Shown: positions 42,368 to 56,665, counted from the stretch's first letter. The stretch is 64,000 bases of DNA from Octopus vulgaris (GCA_951406725.2 OX597817.1:119722001-119786000), one strand, 5' to 3'. Numbers and translations: made by a program. The notes: a model not told the origin generated them from the letters alone.

Positions 42368-42583
42368 GGTTTGAAGATGATGTACAGGTATTTTATATTA
42401 GAAGAAATGAGGTACTCAGAAATTTTCCCCAAGAACTTAGTTCAATTTGAAAACTCCACTAGAATGGACGAAAGCGCTGATATATGATATATGATGTATA
42501 AAAACATGTAATATACAAATAAATATCTGTAAATATAAAACCATCCGAATTTCTGAGTACCTCATTTCTTCTAATATATATAT
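42361..42583. mobile_element. (TA)n-flanked Penelope-like short element with a ~30-bp inverted repeat
   Basis: TATATTAGAAGAAATGAGGTACTCAGAAATT (~42394-42424) is inverted at 42548-42578. Internal decayed hammerhead-like ttgaaaa-ctcca(ctagaa)tggac-GAAA-gcgc. Confidence 0.5.
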
Positions 42584-43201
42584 TAGGGATTTGGAATCTG
42601 GGCAGTTACTTTTTCTGCACTCTGATATAATCCAGATTTAGTTAACCACAATAAGGTAAACAATTAAAAAGTACTTCATTTGAGAGGTAAGTCCTCAATT
42701 AACTTCAATTGATTTCATACAGCATATGCAGCATATGATCAAGACATCATAGAGAAAAATGGTGAACAGCAGTTGAGATACATCATCTTCAAAATATATT
42801 TATTACATTATTAGTATTATTCTCATTAGATGCCAATCCAACATATGTTTCTGTAGGACGTGTGTCCTAGTCTCCATTGATGCATTTATGTGTTTTAAGT
42901 TGACTCAGTTATAGTATAACCAATTCATCCAAGTTAGACATTCCTATGCAGATATATTAAAGTATTGTTCATGCAGATGGGTGAAGTGAATACCTTGAAC
43001 AAAGCTGCTTAGAAATGCCTACCTTGGTTGAATATGTACTGCAACTGAATCAAGTAAATGCACATAAATGTTACATCAAAGGAGACTAGGAAATGTATCC
43101 AGCAGAAATACTTGTTGGATTGGTATTTAAAGTGAGTAATACTGTAATAAATAAATTTTGAAGATGTAAAATTCACAATTCTTTATCATGTGTGTCTATA
43201 A

Positions 43202-43254
<53 letters not shown>

Positions 43255-43257
43255 CAC

Positions 43258-43566
43258 ATCATCATCATCATTTAACATCCGTTGTCCATGCTGGCATGGG
43301 TTGGACGGTTCGACCCAGGGCTGACAAGCTGAGGGGCTGCACCACCAGACTTATCTGATTTGGCATGATTTCTACAGCTGGATGCCCTTCCTAACACCAA
43401 CCACTCTGAGAGTGTAATGGGTGGTTTTATGTGGCACCGGCATGGGTGGTAGTCGTGTGATACCAGTATCTGCCACAACAATGATTTCACTTGGCTTGAT
43501 CAGTTTTCCACTGAAGCATGAGATATTGCCAAAGGCCTCAGTCATTTGCTTTGTGGCCATGAGGTT
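43258..43566 (-). mobile_element. 5'-truncated RTE LINE end, followed by a family-A SINE head (+, 43567-43705)
   Basis: (CAT)n tail, shared 3' UTR blocks and a decayed ORF end. Confidence 0.8.
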
Positions 43567-43814
43567 TAGAAACTTGGTTCCCAACCATGTGGCCTGAAGT
43601 TCAGTCCCACTGAGCAGTACCTTGGAATAATGTTTTCTACTATAACCCTGAGAGAACCAAAGCTTTGTAAGTGAAATTGGGCAAAGGAAACTGAAAGAAG
43701 CCTGTAATAATATACAAGTATTGTGTGAGGTGAGGTAGAGGAATCACCATTAGTCAACTTGTTATTTTAGGCATAGCAACTATTTTATTTGAAACCTTGT
43801 ATGTTTCTCCTTGT

Positions 43815-44125
43815 GGAGGCATATGGCCTAGTGGTTAGAGCAGCAGACTCACGGTCGAGGGATCGCAGGTTTGAATCTCAGACCGGGCAATGTGTGTGTT
43901 TATGAATGAAACACCTAAGCTCCATGTGGCTCCGGCAGAAGGTAATGGCGAACTTCTGCCTACTCTTTCGCCACAACTTTCTCTCACTCTTTCCTCCTGC
44001 ATCTTGCAGCTCACCTGCGATGGACCAGTGTCCCATCCAGGTGGGGAACCTATATGCCAAGGAAATCAGGAAACCAGCCCTATGAGCCAGGCATGGCTCA
44101 AGAAGGAACAAACAACAGACAACAG
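43815..44125 (+). mobile_element. tRNA-derived SINE (head D + tail V)
   Basis: TGGCCTAGTGG A box, GGTTTGAATC B-box-like, CCACAACTTTCTCTCACTCTTTC body, CCTGCGATGGAC tail ending in (AAC)n-like repeats. Confidence 0.85.
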
Positions 44126-45439
44126 ATGTTTTCCCCAGGATGCCCCTGCACCTGCAATGTCTTTAAAGATGATAATGTGGAAATTTGACTGAAGAAACTA
44201 GATATAAGACCTATTTAATTTGAAGACAATTACAGAATATAACAAAGAAACTGGAAAAATTACCTGAAAGACAGTTTGTATTCTGATATTTAGGGGTACA
44301 TTACTGGCTACAGTATAAGTCATCTTTGACTAATGCTTTACTGAAACTGACTAATGAATTTGATGCCTCACAACTAGTAAGGTTTCCAGGTGCTACATCT
44401 ATCTTAGTGTCATGCTGTTTTGTTCAAAGAACTTTATTTGTATTCTCAAAAACTGTCACTGCAGAGCTTTTGTACAATTTAAACCAGTCACAGAGACTCT
44501 ACAAATTGGCTCTGATAAAACATGAATAAATGAATAGAGCAACAAAAAAAACTCCAAAAAACAAAAAAAAAACCCATTCAATAAAGGTTGCCAAAAAAAT
44601 TAGCATGCTACAGAGACTATCTTATTGCTTTCACCAATCCTTACTGTATTGGTGGGTGTATCAGTGTATCATGGACCTACAAGACTTTACCACTTAACTC
44701 TAATGACAATGTTAAGAATATGAGTTAGCAAATTGAATGATTCTTCCATCTTGTTAACATGTTCTATATTCTATTTTGACACTGATTTAAAATCAGTATC
44801 AACAATCTTACGTTTCTCTGCCCATAATTGATACATAAACACTAAGTGCAAAATATATAGAGACTAAATAATAGATTATTTATTTCATTTACATCTTTGT
44901 TAAATATACTATCAGATATGTATCTCTATTATTATAGTTATATATTCATTTATTCATTTCAGCATTGATAAAGACTAAATTCAAAATCATTGTAACTGTT
45001 TACTTTGTGGTACACTAATTCAGCTTGAAGAAATTTGTTCAAATATTATGATTAAAATCCTAGAAGATACCAAATATTGACATTCATGTTGTTGTTGTTG
45101 TTGTTGTATATTCCCCCACCACCACCATCAACACACACATTGTTTGAGAATAACATTTGAACAGCCTTTAGCACTGATACCTTATACTGAATTATAAACA
45201 CCATGATGCTAGTTTAAATGATCTACTTTGCACATCATTATTTTAAGCTGACATTACAAAGCATTTTTTTTTTATTAGTGTATGAAAAAGCCAGGTTGTT
45301 TTAAAGAACATGTCTATGGCTGAAGTTCCAAAAAACTGAAATTTCCTAAGATAACTTATTTCTCTAGAATTCAATGTTTCCTCTGAGAAACATAATTCAT
45401 TTTGACTTTTATATCTCTTTTCAATTATTATTGTTATAT

Positions 45440-45581
45440 ATACATGCATATATACATACATACATACATACATACATACATACATACTACATACATACAT
45501 GCATGCATGCATGCATACATACATACATACATACATACATACATACATACTTACATATATACATACATACATACATACATA
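45440..45581. repeat. (TACA)n/(TGCA)n microsatellite
   Basis: Direct inspection. Confidence 0.95.
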
Positions 45582-45587
45582 ATAACT

Positions 45588-45880
45588 AGAACTCCATTGG
45601 TGATGATGATGAGTGCTCCAGTTCATCTGATCAATAGAACTGCCTGCTTGGGAAATTATGATGCAAGTGGCTTTGCACTCCACAGACATGTGTACTCTTA
45701 ATGTAGTTCTCTTGTAGAGATTCAGCATGACACACAATGACTGGTCCTTTGAATACAGCTACTACTTATTTTTGCTAGCTGAGTGGACTAGAGCAACATG
45801 AAATAAAGTGTCTTGCTCAAGGACACAGCACACCAGCATGAATTGAACTCACAACCTTACAATCATGAACCAAATACCTC
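45588..45880 (-). mobile_element. SINE (head C + tail N)
   Basis: gctgagtggactagagcaacatgaaataaagtgtcttgctcaaggacac plus the actccacagacatgtgtac tail block. Confidence 0.8.
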
Positions 45881-48132
45881 CTATATATATATATGTATAT
45901 ATATATATTTGGTTCATGATTGTCAGTATTAATTTCACTTTACATAATACATTTAATAAAAATAGTGAGGCAAATAATAATATGACATGGGCAATCAAAT
46001 ATTACACACACTGATATACTTTAATATCTGTATTTTTTGAAACCAATGCTAAATCTAAGAATAACAGAAATTTAAGCTTGAAAAAATAAATGAATAAATA
46101 AATATGGCAAAAAAATACAAAGGAAACAATTATATACTATGCTTTGTTGTATTATTCAAAAAGTTCAGAAATTATTTTCTATCACCATTTCTCAATTACT
46201 GTTCGCTCTCGTCTTTTAATAACCAATTTTCCCCATCTTTGTATTTTGGAGCTCATTGTGTATTGGAATATTGTGCATATAACAGGTGTTAACTAGTGAG
46301 CATTGTGACATCAACAATAAGGTCTGATCATGAGATTTTGTAAAAAAATATATTTGAAATAACTCTTTGATATCATTGGGCAGTTAAATTTAGCTAAACA
46401 ATATTGCTTAGCTATGTTTCAAGAAATATATAAAAGAAATGACAAAAATTTCTTCAAGGTTGTAAATTCATAACAAATCTGAAATATCAGACTAGTAAGA
46501 ACTAATGATGTAAGTTTAGCACCTTAAGATATTTACATAATCAATTATATGTAGACAGAATTGTGATAATCGTAACAATATGTGAATATTACTTGGATAT
46601 GTGTACAGATAAATAGTGTTACTCTGAATTTAGATATCTATTGGGGATTATAATTCAGAGCAAGCATCATGTGTAAAATTGGTTAAGTTAAAATAAGGAA
46701 ATGAACATTGAAATTTGGATATGGAATGTTTATATGAGTAATATAGTTATTAAACAAAGTAAAACCAATCAACAAAATCCTTCATTGTAAGCCCTATATA
46801 AATACTGGAGCTCAGCAGAAGAAACCAAATTATATGATCCTAGAGGGGGAAAAAGTAACCATCAAAACTTCCATGAACTACAAGATGTAATATTGAAAGA
46901 TGTATAGTTGAAATAAAACAGAAAAAAATGTTTAAACATACATGATCTCCAAAAGTAGGTCACTCGTGTTCTAAAACTGAATAACTACAATAGAGACCAG
47001 TTGAGCAGTGAACAAGTTTTAAATTATCACTCAATGAGTCTTACCCAACCTATTTGGAAGAAGAACCCATGAAAAATTAAGAAATATAGAAATATAATTT
47101 TATGGTATTGTGGTAATTTTTCAAAGTTATATATACTTGAAAAGTATCTGAACAGAAAATAAACTGACAATATATATATATATATATATAAAGACAATCC
47201 ATTCACCTGCTAATAGCTATGTGGTAGGCATTGCTGCTGATACACACATTGAGAGCTGATAGAAAACCAATGGAAACACAGAAAATGTTTAGATAAGCCT
47301 TACAGGAAATATCAAAAACAAATCCTGAAAATTTCCAACATTCACTAAATCATATATTATATTTTGACATTGTTTAATTTCTATGCTACATTATATGTGA
47401 GTAATTATTAATGAAATTAACAGAACTAGTTTCAATAGTGCCACCCCAGATAATAGTTTTGTAAATGGTTTACTACTTAAGCTGCTAAGAACTAATAGCA
47501 GTGGAACGGTACATAGTTGATTAAGAATTTTAAAAAAAATATATAATCTTATTGGTTTATTGTATTTCAAGCTGTTTTAGGAATTATTCATAATTATATA
47601 TTTCAGCCAAAAAATATAAGTGTTAAATATACAAGGAACTGTATATCTGCACAAGTATTTATTATAAAAATAGCTATTTTAATTCTCTAGTTAATTAACA
47701 GTAGGCATGTGATAAAAATATCAAGACATATTCAGGGTCTTTATGAGTGCATGTTTGTCTGATAAGTCTAAATATCAGAGTTATAATACATTACATGAAC
47801 AAAAATTTCTTATACTACTGCCTGTATTGTCTCAGTGAACAAGTCACTTTTCCATTTTTCTTTAATTTTTTTTATATAATTTTCTCTGTATGTGTATGCA
47901 TATGTGTGTATGTGAGTGAGTGGGTGTGTGTGAATGAGTTTGTGTATGTATATGTGCATATGTATGCATGTGCATGCATGCATATGTGCATGCATGCATA
48001 TGTGCATGTATAATTGTTTGTTCGCAAACCAGATTATTTCTTTATACCTGAAGCATTAGATAACTGCACAAGACCTTTAGGTACGAGGAAATAATTTATT
48101 TTATCAATGCACAATTTTAACAAAATCTACAC

Positions 48133-48227
48133 ATTTCTACAACAGTCTCTAATATTGAGGCATGATGCCGCTTTAGTTATTTTATATAGTCCCTGGCTTT
48201 CTTGTAGCATCATGATTTAATATTGAG
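48133..48227. repeat. Patchwork local duplication of segments from 52165-52190 (inverted), 51186-51210 (inverted) and 52033-52081 (direct)
   Basis: Matches of 15/16, 13/13, 25/25 and 49/49 nt, joined by overlapping microhomologies. Confidence 0.85.
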
Positions 48228-51200
48228 CACTTTGCATTTTTTTAATTGAAAACACAGACAAATACATGAACGCATGCACACACACACATACACACACATT
48301 GTTGTATGAGTGAACATGTGTAATAAGTTTTTTAATTGAAATGTTTGCAAGGGAAATCATACTTTTCTTATGTGTGCCTCCCTGTGATTAATCATGTAAA
48401 AACCTATAAAAATTTCCCACCTCCTGGATTTAGAAACATTTAAAAATATTCCTAAGAGAATACATAAAATAAATGATGCTTAAATTTTGAGAAACTTGTT
48501 CTATGACTACAGTATCTTCCTTCCTATCAGATACAATAATCTATATAAAATTATTTCTCCTATTTTTTTTTCACACAAAAGAGAAAATATTTGAGACAAA
48601 TTTACTAAGGTCACATAACCATTTATAACAATAAGAATGTTCCAATACTTATTCCTTATTTAACAAGATGGAATTGTTAGGAAGAATTTTTCAAGCTTAT
48701 ATAAGTGGAATAACAAGCTTATTTCACAAACACTGGTAATGTCCTCCCTTTATTATTGCTCAGTTTTTCTGATGGTCTTACATTGAGCCACTAAAGTGGT
48801 GTAGAACAGTTTTAATATGTATGGATGCCGTAGAAATAGTAAAACACTAGAATCTGTTTTGATATTAAGGAGACAGAAATAGATAAATTACAGCAAAAAT
48901 AATTTGAAACTTGAAATATAATTATTGAAGAAATGCAGAGTTGGTTGATGAAGTGTTTTATACACTTATTGATATTTTATATAATATTCTTGTGTCTGCT
49001 GTTGTTGTTGTTGATGCTGCTGCTGCTGCTTAGATGATACTAATACTACAGAGGGGATAAAATTTGCAGTAGAAAAATACAAAATGAGAAGAAAAGCTAA
49101 GATGCGAAATGAAATGACCACATGATTATATAAATAGATAGATGTTATAGATATTCAGGCAATTATCAACAACTATTGTTAAAATCTAGCACAAAAAAAA
49201 ACATAAGATATACAACTTTTATTTAAAAAATCTTTCAATAAAAATCAATGGGTAACACTTCACTATATAGCTTCCACTAACATGCATATATTCTTCAGTT
49301 TGTAGAATACATGTTTATTTTTAATATAGAGAGATGTATATTCTTCTGCCAGCATTTTTTTTACCATTCAAGACACTGTACAAAGCTATTCTTTAAAAGT
49401 GGAATCATATTTTTGTTTAAAACCTCTTCTTAAAATTCTATCATTTTGAAAAGATTTTTTGAATTTTGATAAAATGATTAATTTTTTTTCTTCATTATTA
49501 AAAACATGAAGAATTCCTACTAAAATTGCATCATATATGTTCATCAGTTAAAATAAGATAAGTGGTTTCTTGCTATTTCTGTTCCTATTACTTGATGTGT
49601 CAATACTATGCTACTGATAATAAGAATTTTCACAGAGATAATAATCCAAAAATACCAATGACAGTAGCAGCAGAAAACGCAGTGACAATTAGAGAAGTAG
49701 AAGAAATACACAAAAATAAGTAATGAAGAAAAAATATATACATCATAATATCTTTTGAGGGTGTGTGAAAAGTAAGCATTAATTAGCTCCCTATAAGGTA
49801 AGAAATAAGGTAAGTAATAAAAAAAAAAATTTAGACTTTAAGGTAATAAATATTTATTATTGTATTTGAAAAGTAAAAGAGAAACAAAAATAGCCTATCC
49901 TTATCCTTATATGATATGACAGCGTCGAGGTGGTATTTCATTTGATGAAATCTTAAATTTACTTATGCAATATTAGAAGCATAAACTTGGTTAATAACCT
50001 AATATTCCTTAATTATTAGAGAGAAAATTATTTATTTATCACTTAGTTATTTTTCTTCTATTTTTTAAATCTTTTTCCTTCTTTTTCCTATGAAAAAATT
50101 GGCTGGTTATACCTAAGAAGTTAATTTTGGTACCCACACTTAGATTTTCCATTTCCTGAAGAGTAGCTATTATAAGCAATGGTTATAAAAGATGACAGTA
50201 GAATTACCAGTACGGATGTGATTGGGTGTCATTTAGAGGAAAAGGAAAAGAAAAAGATCTATGGCAGAGAGAATTATAAACCTCCATAAGCTTCTATATT
50301 TTTACCTTTAGTTTAAAATGTTCATTTAAGACGTTTAATGCATTTTCATCTTGTGCTACATTTTAGTATATGATGATATTATTAAATTATATTTAGGGTA
50401 TATACAACATACTAAAGATTAATCTAAAGACATGGAATATCTAAAAAAAATTACATAAATAGTTGAATTATAATACATAAATATGCATTTTTTGTTGCTT
50501 TCCTGCAACTCTCAACAAGTAAATTTCAATCATTCTTCTATTTATCTCCATGTTCAATTAGTTACACATTCTTGCTATCAAATAATTTAATAAGAATTAT
50601 TTTCCTTTTGATAAAATAATGACAGTTATAATGAATTTCTTTTTTACAAGGTTGAGACAACAGAAAACCCAGAAAAGATAGGAAAAATACCCAAATTTTA
50701 TAAAAGCTAATTCTTGTTATATGAGATTATTTAATTGACAAATGACTTAAGTTTATAGCTTGCAATGACACTGTCTCTTGAAATACTAATCACACAAAAC
50801 ATTAAGGCTACCCATGTGCAAAATTTCATTTTTTTACATAGCTTATTGAGCTGATGAAAGGGAAAACACTGCTGTCTGTGAGCTTGAACACTTTCATTTA
50901 ATTCTTCTAAATATACAGACACATTAACATACCCCTGCAAACTTCCAAGAAAACAAACAACAGTAACAACAGAAAAACAGGAACAATTATGATAGAGGTA
51001 AAGGATTGTTGTGGGGAAAGAGAAACCCGTTTACTTTCCATTCATTTAACAGTTTTATTGCTATGTGAAAATATTTGGATATATCTATGTACACACATAT
51101 ACACACACACACACACATACACACACACATGCATGCACACACACACACATGCACACTGTCGCGAGGATATACAAAAATATAGGCAAACTAAAGCGGCATC

Positions 51201-51647
51201 ATGCCTCAATTATGGTTTCTCATTCAATCAAGGATGCTTTCTTTTAAAATTAAACCTATAAATAAAATTAAATCTATAAATGAAGCTAATATAAACTCTT
51301 GTTTTAGCATGTATTAATCATATAAATGGTGTTATTATTTTATTCACTTTAATTTAATATTTCAGATGAACATATATTTATGTATTTTTAGAAATCAATA
51401 ACAACAAAACTATAGAACTCATACCCAACAAACTGACCCCAACACAACAATCACCATTTACACAAAAATAAATAACAAAAAATTAGGAGATTTATTATGA
51501 AAAAAAAATGATCAATTTCTTCCTGTAATATTATACATATCTGTTTTATCAAAATCATTATATAAATTCATATGAAAGCAACCATTTCAAGGCATTTTTA
51601 TACATTTATTTCAGTTAAAAAAATGAATGTTTTTAGAAAAAAATACA

Positions 51648-51752
51648 GAGATAGATAGACAGAGAATGAGAGAGAGAGAGAGAGAGAGAAAGAGTGAGAC
51701 AGACAGTCAGGTAGACAGAGAGGGAGAGAGAGGAAAAGAAAGAGGAAGAGAG
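51648..51752. repeat. (GA)n-rich microsatellite
   Basis: Direct inspection. Confidence 0.9.
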
Positions 51753-52892
51753 AAATACTATAAACTGTGATCTTGATGGTGACTTTTGCTCATCATATAG
51801 AATGGATAGTATGAAGGAAGGAATAGATTTGTAGATTCAAAAATATGGCATTGAGTATTTCAGTAAAGACTTATAAAAATCTCAATCGAGAATTATTATA
51901 TATTAATACAAATATAGCACACATTCATACATTTGGAATTATATTATAGATTGATAATGACATTTATGTTTCTGCATACTTGTACTTACTTTTGTATCAG
52001 AATGTGTATACCGTGACACTGTTGATCATACCAGTTATTTTATATAGTCCCTGGCTTTCTTGTAGCATCATGATTTAATATCATTTAGCAGTCAACAGTG
52101 CCATAAATGATGGCATCGTTTTTCCAAAGTAAACTCCTCAGTCCATAACACATCAGATGGCAGCAGACTGTAGTAGAAATATTAGAGACTAAGATATGAG
52201 CTTGGCTCTTGTCCATCTCATCTGCACATGGTCTACCAGTTACTAGCTAACACTCTTTCCTCGATGGACACAGCAGAGAGCAGTCTTCTTCAGCTAAACA
52301 TGCTTTTTACACCACTGAGCAAATGGGTTTTAATAGAGAACTGAACGTGCTGCTTTGTATCCACTTTAGTAGCAGTCCAACGGTATCCATGGCATTGTTA
52401 TCTAGTTGTATGGAATACACTTTCACAGAGTAGACTACTATTTTAAAATAGTTATAGTTAAAATAAATAGATAACATCAAAGCTACTCCAAAAACAAAGC
52501 AAAAAAAAATACACACACACAAAATAATTCAGCAAAATTAATTGATTTTAAAGGAGGGGGGGGACTATGCTTTCATCAGACAACAATATGTAAAAGTCTT
52601 TTTTTTTTTTCTGTTGTTGTTTGTGTTTGTTAAGTGATGCATGGAACATTCCATTCAGTGATAAATATATAGAGGACACCCAAAAAATATGATAGGCAGT
52701 ATCCAAGAAAGTGAAATGACTGTCAGCTGACAAGTGGGCAGATGAATACAGAGAGGCACCTGATAGATTCAAACCTTGCAATCAACATGGATTCCACGTT
52801 TGGCTGAAAATATTTTCATCTAAATAAGCATTATGCGAACAATCACAGTTGTGACTGTTGTCTCATATTCCCTGCATGTGGTAGAGCCATGT

Positions 52893-53180
52893 AACAACAG
52901 CAGCAGCAGCATCAACAGCAGTAGCATCAATGGTGGTAGCAATGTTAGTAGAAGTGGCAGCAGCAACAGTGTCAGTAATGTCAGCAGCTGCAGCATCAGA
53001 AACAACATCAGCAACAACAACCGTGCAGTAGAAAATGTTCACAGCAGCAGCAGCAGTATGGCGAGCAACAGCAACAACAGTGGCAGTAATGTCGGCAACG
53101 TCAGTAGCAGCAGCAGCAGCAACAGTAGCAACAGAGGAAGCGATTGCAAGAGGTAGACAGCAATACCAAGCAGCATCAGT
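52893..53180. repeat. Degenerate (CAG/CAA/AGT)n trinucleotide low-complexity tract
   Basis: Direct inspection. It underlies the Ser/Asn-, Ala- and Leu-rich ORFs. Confidence 0.85.
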
Positions 53181-53924
53181 GTTGATGCTAGTGCTGGTAC
53201 TAGCACCAATAAGACAAAAGTGGCAGCTAATACCTATAGCAGCAACACTAGTAGTACAATGATAGATATCTCATTAATATCTAATGCAATAAAACTGAAC
53301 CACTACAAAGGTAAATTTAATACATTACTGTTACCATCTTAAAAGGTAGAAATATAGCAAAATAGCTGCCTTCTTCGAGTCATCATCTGCGACACCATTT
53401 CTGAAGCGGAATTTTGTGATCTTGAATTTTCCTATCTATTGGTTTACACTTCTGTCTTTCTACGTATTACTCAAAACATATATCACTCTCTAACTGTATC
53501 TGTATATGGAGGCATCTATTTCCTTATCTGCTTAACCTATGATACCAATATTTCACTATCTGAACATCCTTTTACCTAGCAACCTGTTTCCCTGGTTATG
53601 AGTATGATTATCTTTCAGTTTATTCTTACAATTACATATTTCTCTTAAATAATTGCATTTTTTTGGATATCTGTCTTTCTATCTTTAATTTGCTTCATCA
53701 AACACTCACTTTTATTAAAATTCTGTATTCTTTTTCCTTTTATGTACAGTCTTTGTATGAATACTTTCCATATCTGTTCTTCCACATCTCTTTCACTTGA
53801 TTCACTTTTCATTATTCAACCCATGACATATTTTCTCAGCTTCTTTTTCCACATCAGATCTATCCCTATCACAGTGTCCATTATTCTATGTCTCTAGCTG
53901 ATTTCCCACTTTTTGTGTTACTGA

Positions 53925-54126
53925 CACACCATACATCTCTACATACACTCACATACATACATACATACATACATACATACATAAAAATACACACACACAT
54001 GTATGTATGTATTTATGTATGTATGTATGTATGTATGTGTGCGTGTATAAAGGATATGTGAGATCTCTGAAATGCAAAACATGGGGGAAAATAACTACAG
54101 ATATTAAATACTAGATACACATGTAA

Positions 54127-54163
<37 letters not shown>

Positions 54164-54173
54164 TAAGCACACA

Positions 54174-54226
<53 letters not shown>

Positions 54227-54814
54227 GCACACACTCAGACAAACAGAAATGCAGACAGATGAATTAGAGAAACAATGTCTTCAACACACAAACACACATA
54301 TATGTATTTTTTCATTATATACATACATCTAAATATGTACATATATGTCTCTGTGTGTGTATACATGTATATATCTATACACATACATACACACACGTAC
54401 ACACACACATATACATACATACATACACATATATTCATTCATAGACACATTTCAGAAATCTATAAATTAAAATGAAATATGAATCAATGAATACATATAT
54501 ATATACAGATATAATTATAATGTTTGTATTTACATACATACACACACACACAAATATATACATACATACACACACATAACTATACAGACATTTTATATAT
54601 AGATTTGCTCTGTGTGTGTGTGTGTGTGTGTATGTGTGTGCATGAAAATATGTTTTATATGTGTGTCTGTGTGCATATGCATATACATATGTGTATATAT
54701 CTTATATACATTACATCTACATATTAACTATATATATATATACATGTAGTATATACACACACACACACACACATACATATACTCAGTGTGTATATGTGCA
54801 TATATGTATGTGTT

Positions 54815-54858
<44 letters not shown>

Positions 54859-55425
54859 TGCACACACACCTAATGAATTACAAACATTTAATTATTAAAG
54901 AGGAAAAAATTAGGAGAAAAATTATTCAGTTGTTTTCAAATATATAATACTGTATCAAAGACTTTCTATTTCTAAATCTACTAGTTATATACATACACAC
55001 ATACAGAAGTACATACAAATACATACATACACATACATACTTAAATGGTGATGATGATATATGCATACATATATGCACATACATTCGTTTGCACACATAG
55101 ACACTCACGCTTTTTTTATTTTCTCCATTGAAATTGATTTAATCAGAATGGACTACTTTCTAATGTAGTAGTCAATACATGATACAAACATAAAGCTTTA
55201 TCTGTGTGTACACATATATCTCCTTCTTTCAATATATATATATATGTGTGTATATGTGCGTGCGTGTGTGTGCCTTTATATACATACTGACACACATATA
55301 TTTGAGTATGTATACATATATATGTATATATATGTGTACACACATGCACACACACGCATACCTCTACAAGTCTATGTGAATATATGTGTGTGTGTGTGTG
55401 TTTATAGTGTGTGTGTGTGTTTATA
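53925..55425. repeat. ~1.5-kb compound (CA)/(TG)/(TA)/(TACA) microsatellite field
   Basis: Direct inspection. Confidence 0.92.
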
Positions 55426-55797
55426 GTTTATAGTAGGTGTGAACAGGTTTAGTTACAATCAAAACAATGTACAAGACACATCTTGTGGATAAGCTGGGAT
55501 GCATCATCAGTGATGTGACCTTCAGGCATTAGGTGATGCAGGTATTTAACTGACAGCCATTCTCACCCACATCACCCAACCAGGACTGACCAGGCCTTGA
55601 CTCACATCCTAGCAACAACCTAAGGATCACTCCTTCTATTTCAAAGCTCCTTAGTGGCTTTCACTAGTATCTTACTTCCACAGTGAATTAACTCACTTCT
55701 TTGTCTTAACTCTAAAGCTAATTTGGCTGAGGAATTGTTGTGTAAGAAACTTGCTTCCCAACCACATGGTTCTAGGTTCAGCCCTATGGCATGGCAT

Positions 55798-56014
55798 ACA
55801 GACACGTCACCCCTAAAGTAGTTCTTGGGGAGATTCAGTGTGACACAGAGTGTGACAAGGCAGGCCCTTTGAAATACAGGTACAACTCATTTTTACCAGC
55901 TGAATGAACTGGAGCAATGTGAAATAAAGTGTCTTGCTGAAGAGCACAACATGTCACGGGGTATTGAACTCACAACCTTACAATTATGAGCCAAATGCCC
56001 TAACCACTAAGCCA
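55798..56014 (-). mobile_element. SINE (head C + tail N), abutting a family-A head at ~55725-55796 (+)
   Basis: Minus strand reads TGGCTTAGTGGTTAGGG..CAGCTGGTAAAAATGAGT-TGTACCTGTATTTCAAAGGG. Confidence 0.85.
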
Positions 56015-56035
56015 CACACACACACACATATATAT

Positions 56036-56415
56036 TGTGGCACTCTGTTGGTTATGACGATGAGAATTCCAGTTGATTTGAGCAATGGAACAACCTACTC
56101 GTGAAATTAACGTGCAAGTGGCTGAGCACTCCACAGACATGTGTACCCTTAATGTAGTTATCGGAGAGATTCAGTGTGACACAGAGTGTGACAAGGCTGG
56201 CCCTTTGAAATACAGGTACAACAGAAACAGGAAGAAAGAGTGAGAGAAAGTTGTAGTGAAAGAGTACAGCGGAGTTCGCCTCCACCCCTGCCAGAGTCTC
56301 ATGGAGCTGTAGGTGTTTTCCCTCAATGAACACTCACAATGCCTGGTCTGGAGATCGAAACTTTGATCCTATGACGGTGAGTCTGCCACCCTAACCAATG
56401 GCCCATTGTGCCTCC
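56036..56415 (-). mobile_element. SINE (head D + tail N)
   Basis: Minus strand reads GGAGGCACAATGG..GTTTCGATCTCC..CAACTTTCTCTCACTCTTTC..TGTACCTGTATTTCAAAGGG..GAGTGCTCAGCCACTTGCACGTTAATTTCACGAG. Confidence 0.88.
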
Positions 56416-56429
56416 ACACACACATATAT

Positions 56430-56665
56430 ATGTGTATGTATGTATTTATGTCTGTGTTTGCATTTGTGCTCCTCACCAAGCCATTGCTTGACAACCAATA
56501 TTGGTGTGTTTATGTCTCCATAGCTTAGTGGTTTGGCAAAAGAGACCAATAGAAGAAGTACTAAGCTTGCAAAGAATAAGTCCTGAGGTTGATTTCTTCA
56601 ACTAGAACCTTTTAAGACGGTGCTCCAGCATGGCCACAGTCAACTGACTGAGACAAATAAAAGAA
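56430..56665 (+). mobile_element. 3' half of a family-A SINE
   Basis: cttgacaacc..ggcaaaagagacc..cggtgctccagcatggccacagtcaactgactga. Confidence 0.85.

Noticed and set aside
50731-50940. 69-aa minus-strand ORF with a possible acceptor
   Set aside because: No recognisable motif and no downstream donor.
52833-53156. Ser/Asn-rich 107-aa ORF
   Set aside because: It is explained by a degenerate trinucleotide tract, with no domain or splice support.
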